DNA from: Adineta vaga | Taxonomy: Eukaryota > Animalia > Rotifera | Assembly (NCBI GenBank): GCA_021613535.1 | Contig: CP075497.1 | Span: forward strand, 5,208,001-5,272,000 | DNA: 64,000 nt | Direction of reading: 5' to 3' | Shown: positions 62,206 to 64,000 of the stretch, piece by piece | How positions within the stretch are numbered: position 1 is the stretch's first letter | Layout of the letters: every line of letters starts with the position of its first letter | Translations under genes and position numbers: made by a program | Notes under the pieces: generated by a model | What the model saw: the letters and a program-made list of their open reading frames with translations, nothing else | Databases searched by the model: none | Told to the model about the DNA's origin: nothing

Positions 62206-64000
62206 TTAAATAAATGGTGGAATTGAATCACATGCATGTGGATCTTCTGAACGACCTGTTTTAAAATCACATATCAATCCTCGTCGACAATTATGATCAC
62301 ATTGACTACCACTCGCAAACGATTTAGTAGAATATTGATATGCTAAACCCATCAATGGACCATCAATATCTTTTTCTAAACGCTGTATGAAATCATTCCA
62401 ACCATCAGGAAATAAATTTTTCATTTTATATGCATCGCGAGCATCATACTCTTGGAGAAAAACAGTTTTATTTTGTAGATTTGATGCCGTTAAATTCATG
62501 ATTACTGTGTGATAATCAAGTGTCCAAAATGAACTTTCTGGATAATCACCATCAATAGTATATGCACGATAACCAGGATTTAAAAATGAATAGGTTGTTA
62601 TTGATGGACCAATATAAGCCTGTGAAAATTAGATTTTAAAATATATTGAAACTATAACATGAAATACCATTGAAACTGGTCGTTGATTATCAATTTCATC
62701 ATAGAAAACCATGAATTCTTCTGAATGTGCATGACCATAAAATTGACCAGCAATCGTATTCTCATATCTACAAAGAATAAAATGAAATCAAGAATTATGA
62801 ATGTGAAATGCAGACCTATTCACAATTTTATTAAAATTCCAACTAAATGCTGCCATACAAGAATGAGGTGGTTGATGACCGATGAGATGTACTTTTTCTT
62901 CATGATCCTCAGCATATTGCAACCATTGTATTACCTAAATCGATCGAATCTATCCAAGTAGTTATTATATTCATATCAAAACGGAAGAAAAGCTAACCCA
63001 TTGCAATTGATCGAGAGGATCAGTTGCATTAATTAATAACCAATAGTTATCTGATGTACAGTAATTCATATTCAATGATATCAATCGTAGACCTGGTCGA
63101 ATTAAGGTTGTATAGAAAGCACCACGTTCAATACTCGCACGTGTATCTTCTGGCAGACCAAGTTTTATCCAACTATCTGCTAATGCTTCATATAACCAAG
63201 AAATATTGTCTGTTTTAATATTTGGTGTTGGATATAGATTACAAGGTGCTAGAGAATATAAAATACAAAAGAATAATGAATAGTATTATAGAAACAAAAT
63301 ATAATACCAGCTTCATGATTACCGACGGCGGAATAGAATGTTTTATTGGGAAAAGTAGATCCTAACATACGATTGATCGTATTTAGTGAATAAAGTTGAT
63401 CAGAACGCGATTGATTCCAAACGTTATGAGCTGGTAAATCACCTGTATAATAAATGAAATCTGCCTATAAAAATGTGATAGTAAAGAAATATTACGATAA
63501 AGAACAAAAATTACCTTTTCGACTGCAGCAGCATATTTTAATACTGCTTCAGCTGTCCAATAAGGAATATCACAATTGCGATAATCACCCCTAAAAGATT
63601 CATACGATTGTAACAGAGTATCAAATTAATCAAACTTTTATTTACCAAAAACCAGCACCTATATGACCAGGAGCTATAAACAAACATATAACATGTTAAA
63701 AGTATCTAATCTAAATGATATCATTTAAAATTATTTATACCAGGTTGACCTTGACGACAACAAAGTGGTTGTGAGCAATCTGCTTGCGATCCTGGTTTAT
63801 ATAAGAAATCTACATGAATATCAGATAGATGAAGAATATTGAGTTTTGGAGAATCTGGCTAAAATAGAAAAATAAAGATTCATATAAGAATTCAGTTGAT
63901 ATACTGATTGATAATATTTTACATACTGACGGAGGTTTAGGTGGTTGTGGTATTGGTTTTGGTTTATCGGGAAATGTGACATTCCAAATGAAGATTGGAA
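62206..64000 (-). CDS. Acid sphingomyelinase (SMPD1-like), copy 2; 5' part beyond the right edge
   Basis: Same motifs and exon layout as copy 1 (DIHVD, YYTGDLPAH, AVGNHE, GQFYGHAH, NPGYRAY). Confidence 0.92.

Overview
Eukaryotic, very AT-rich, gene-dense window with many short (about 45-70 nt) GT-AG introns. This style is consistent with a bdelloid rotifer or a similar compact invertebrate genome, but that is inference only. By manual splicing I find about 20 protein genes: an NR1-type nuclear receptor (cut by the left edge), a SOGA/MTCL-like coiled-coil protein, a Cys-rich type I membrane protein, KIFAP3 head-to-head with BBS4, a doublecortin-like kinase with a tRNA-Val(CAC) in an intron, an orphan gene, an LRR transmembrane receptor, two tandem small secreted-peptide genes, ITPK1, two tandem tetraspanins, a C2H2 zinc-finger factor, a Kir channel, a PLAC8/cornifelin-like gene, a CLIC, a second orphan and two tandem acid sphingomyelinases. 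The most interesting observations are: (1) an intact 635-aa gene nested on the same strand in the 5.2-kb KIFAP3 intron, encoding a pantothenate-kinase-like protein whose catalytic motifs are all degenerate; (2) a duplicated pair of tiny secreted peptides, one with a Pro/Arg-rich segment; (3) an in-frame TAA at the 5' end of the DCLK-like gene; (4) a 1.3-kb TTAA-flanked element with terminal inverted repeats; (5) very tight same-strand gene pairs. All homology calls come from recalled motifs; no searches were run.
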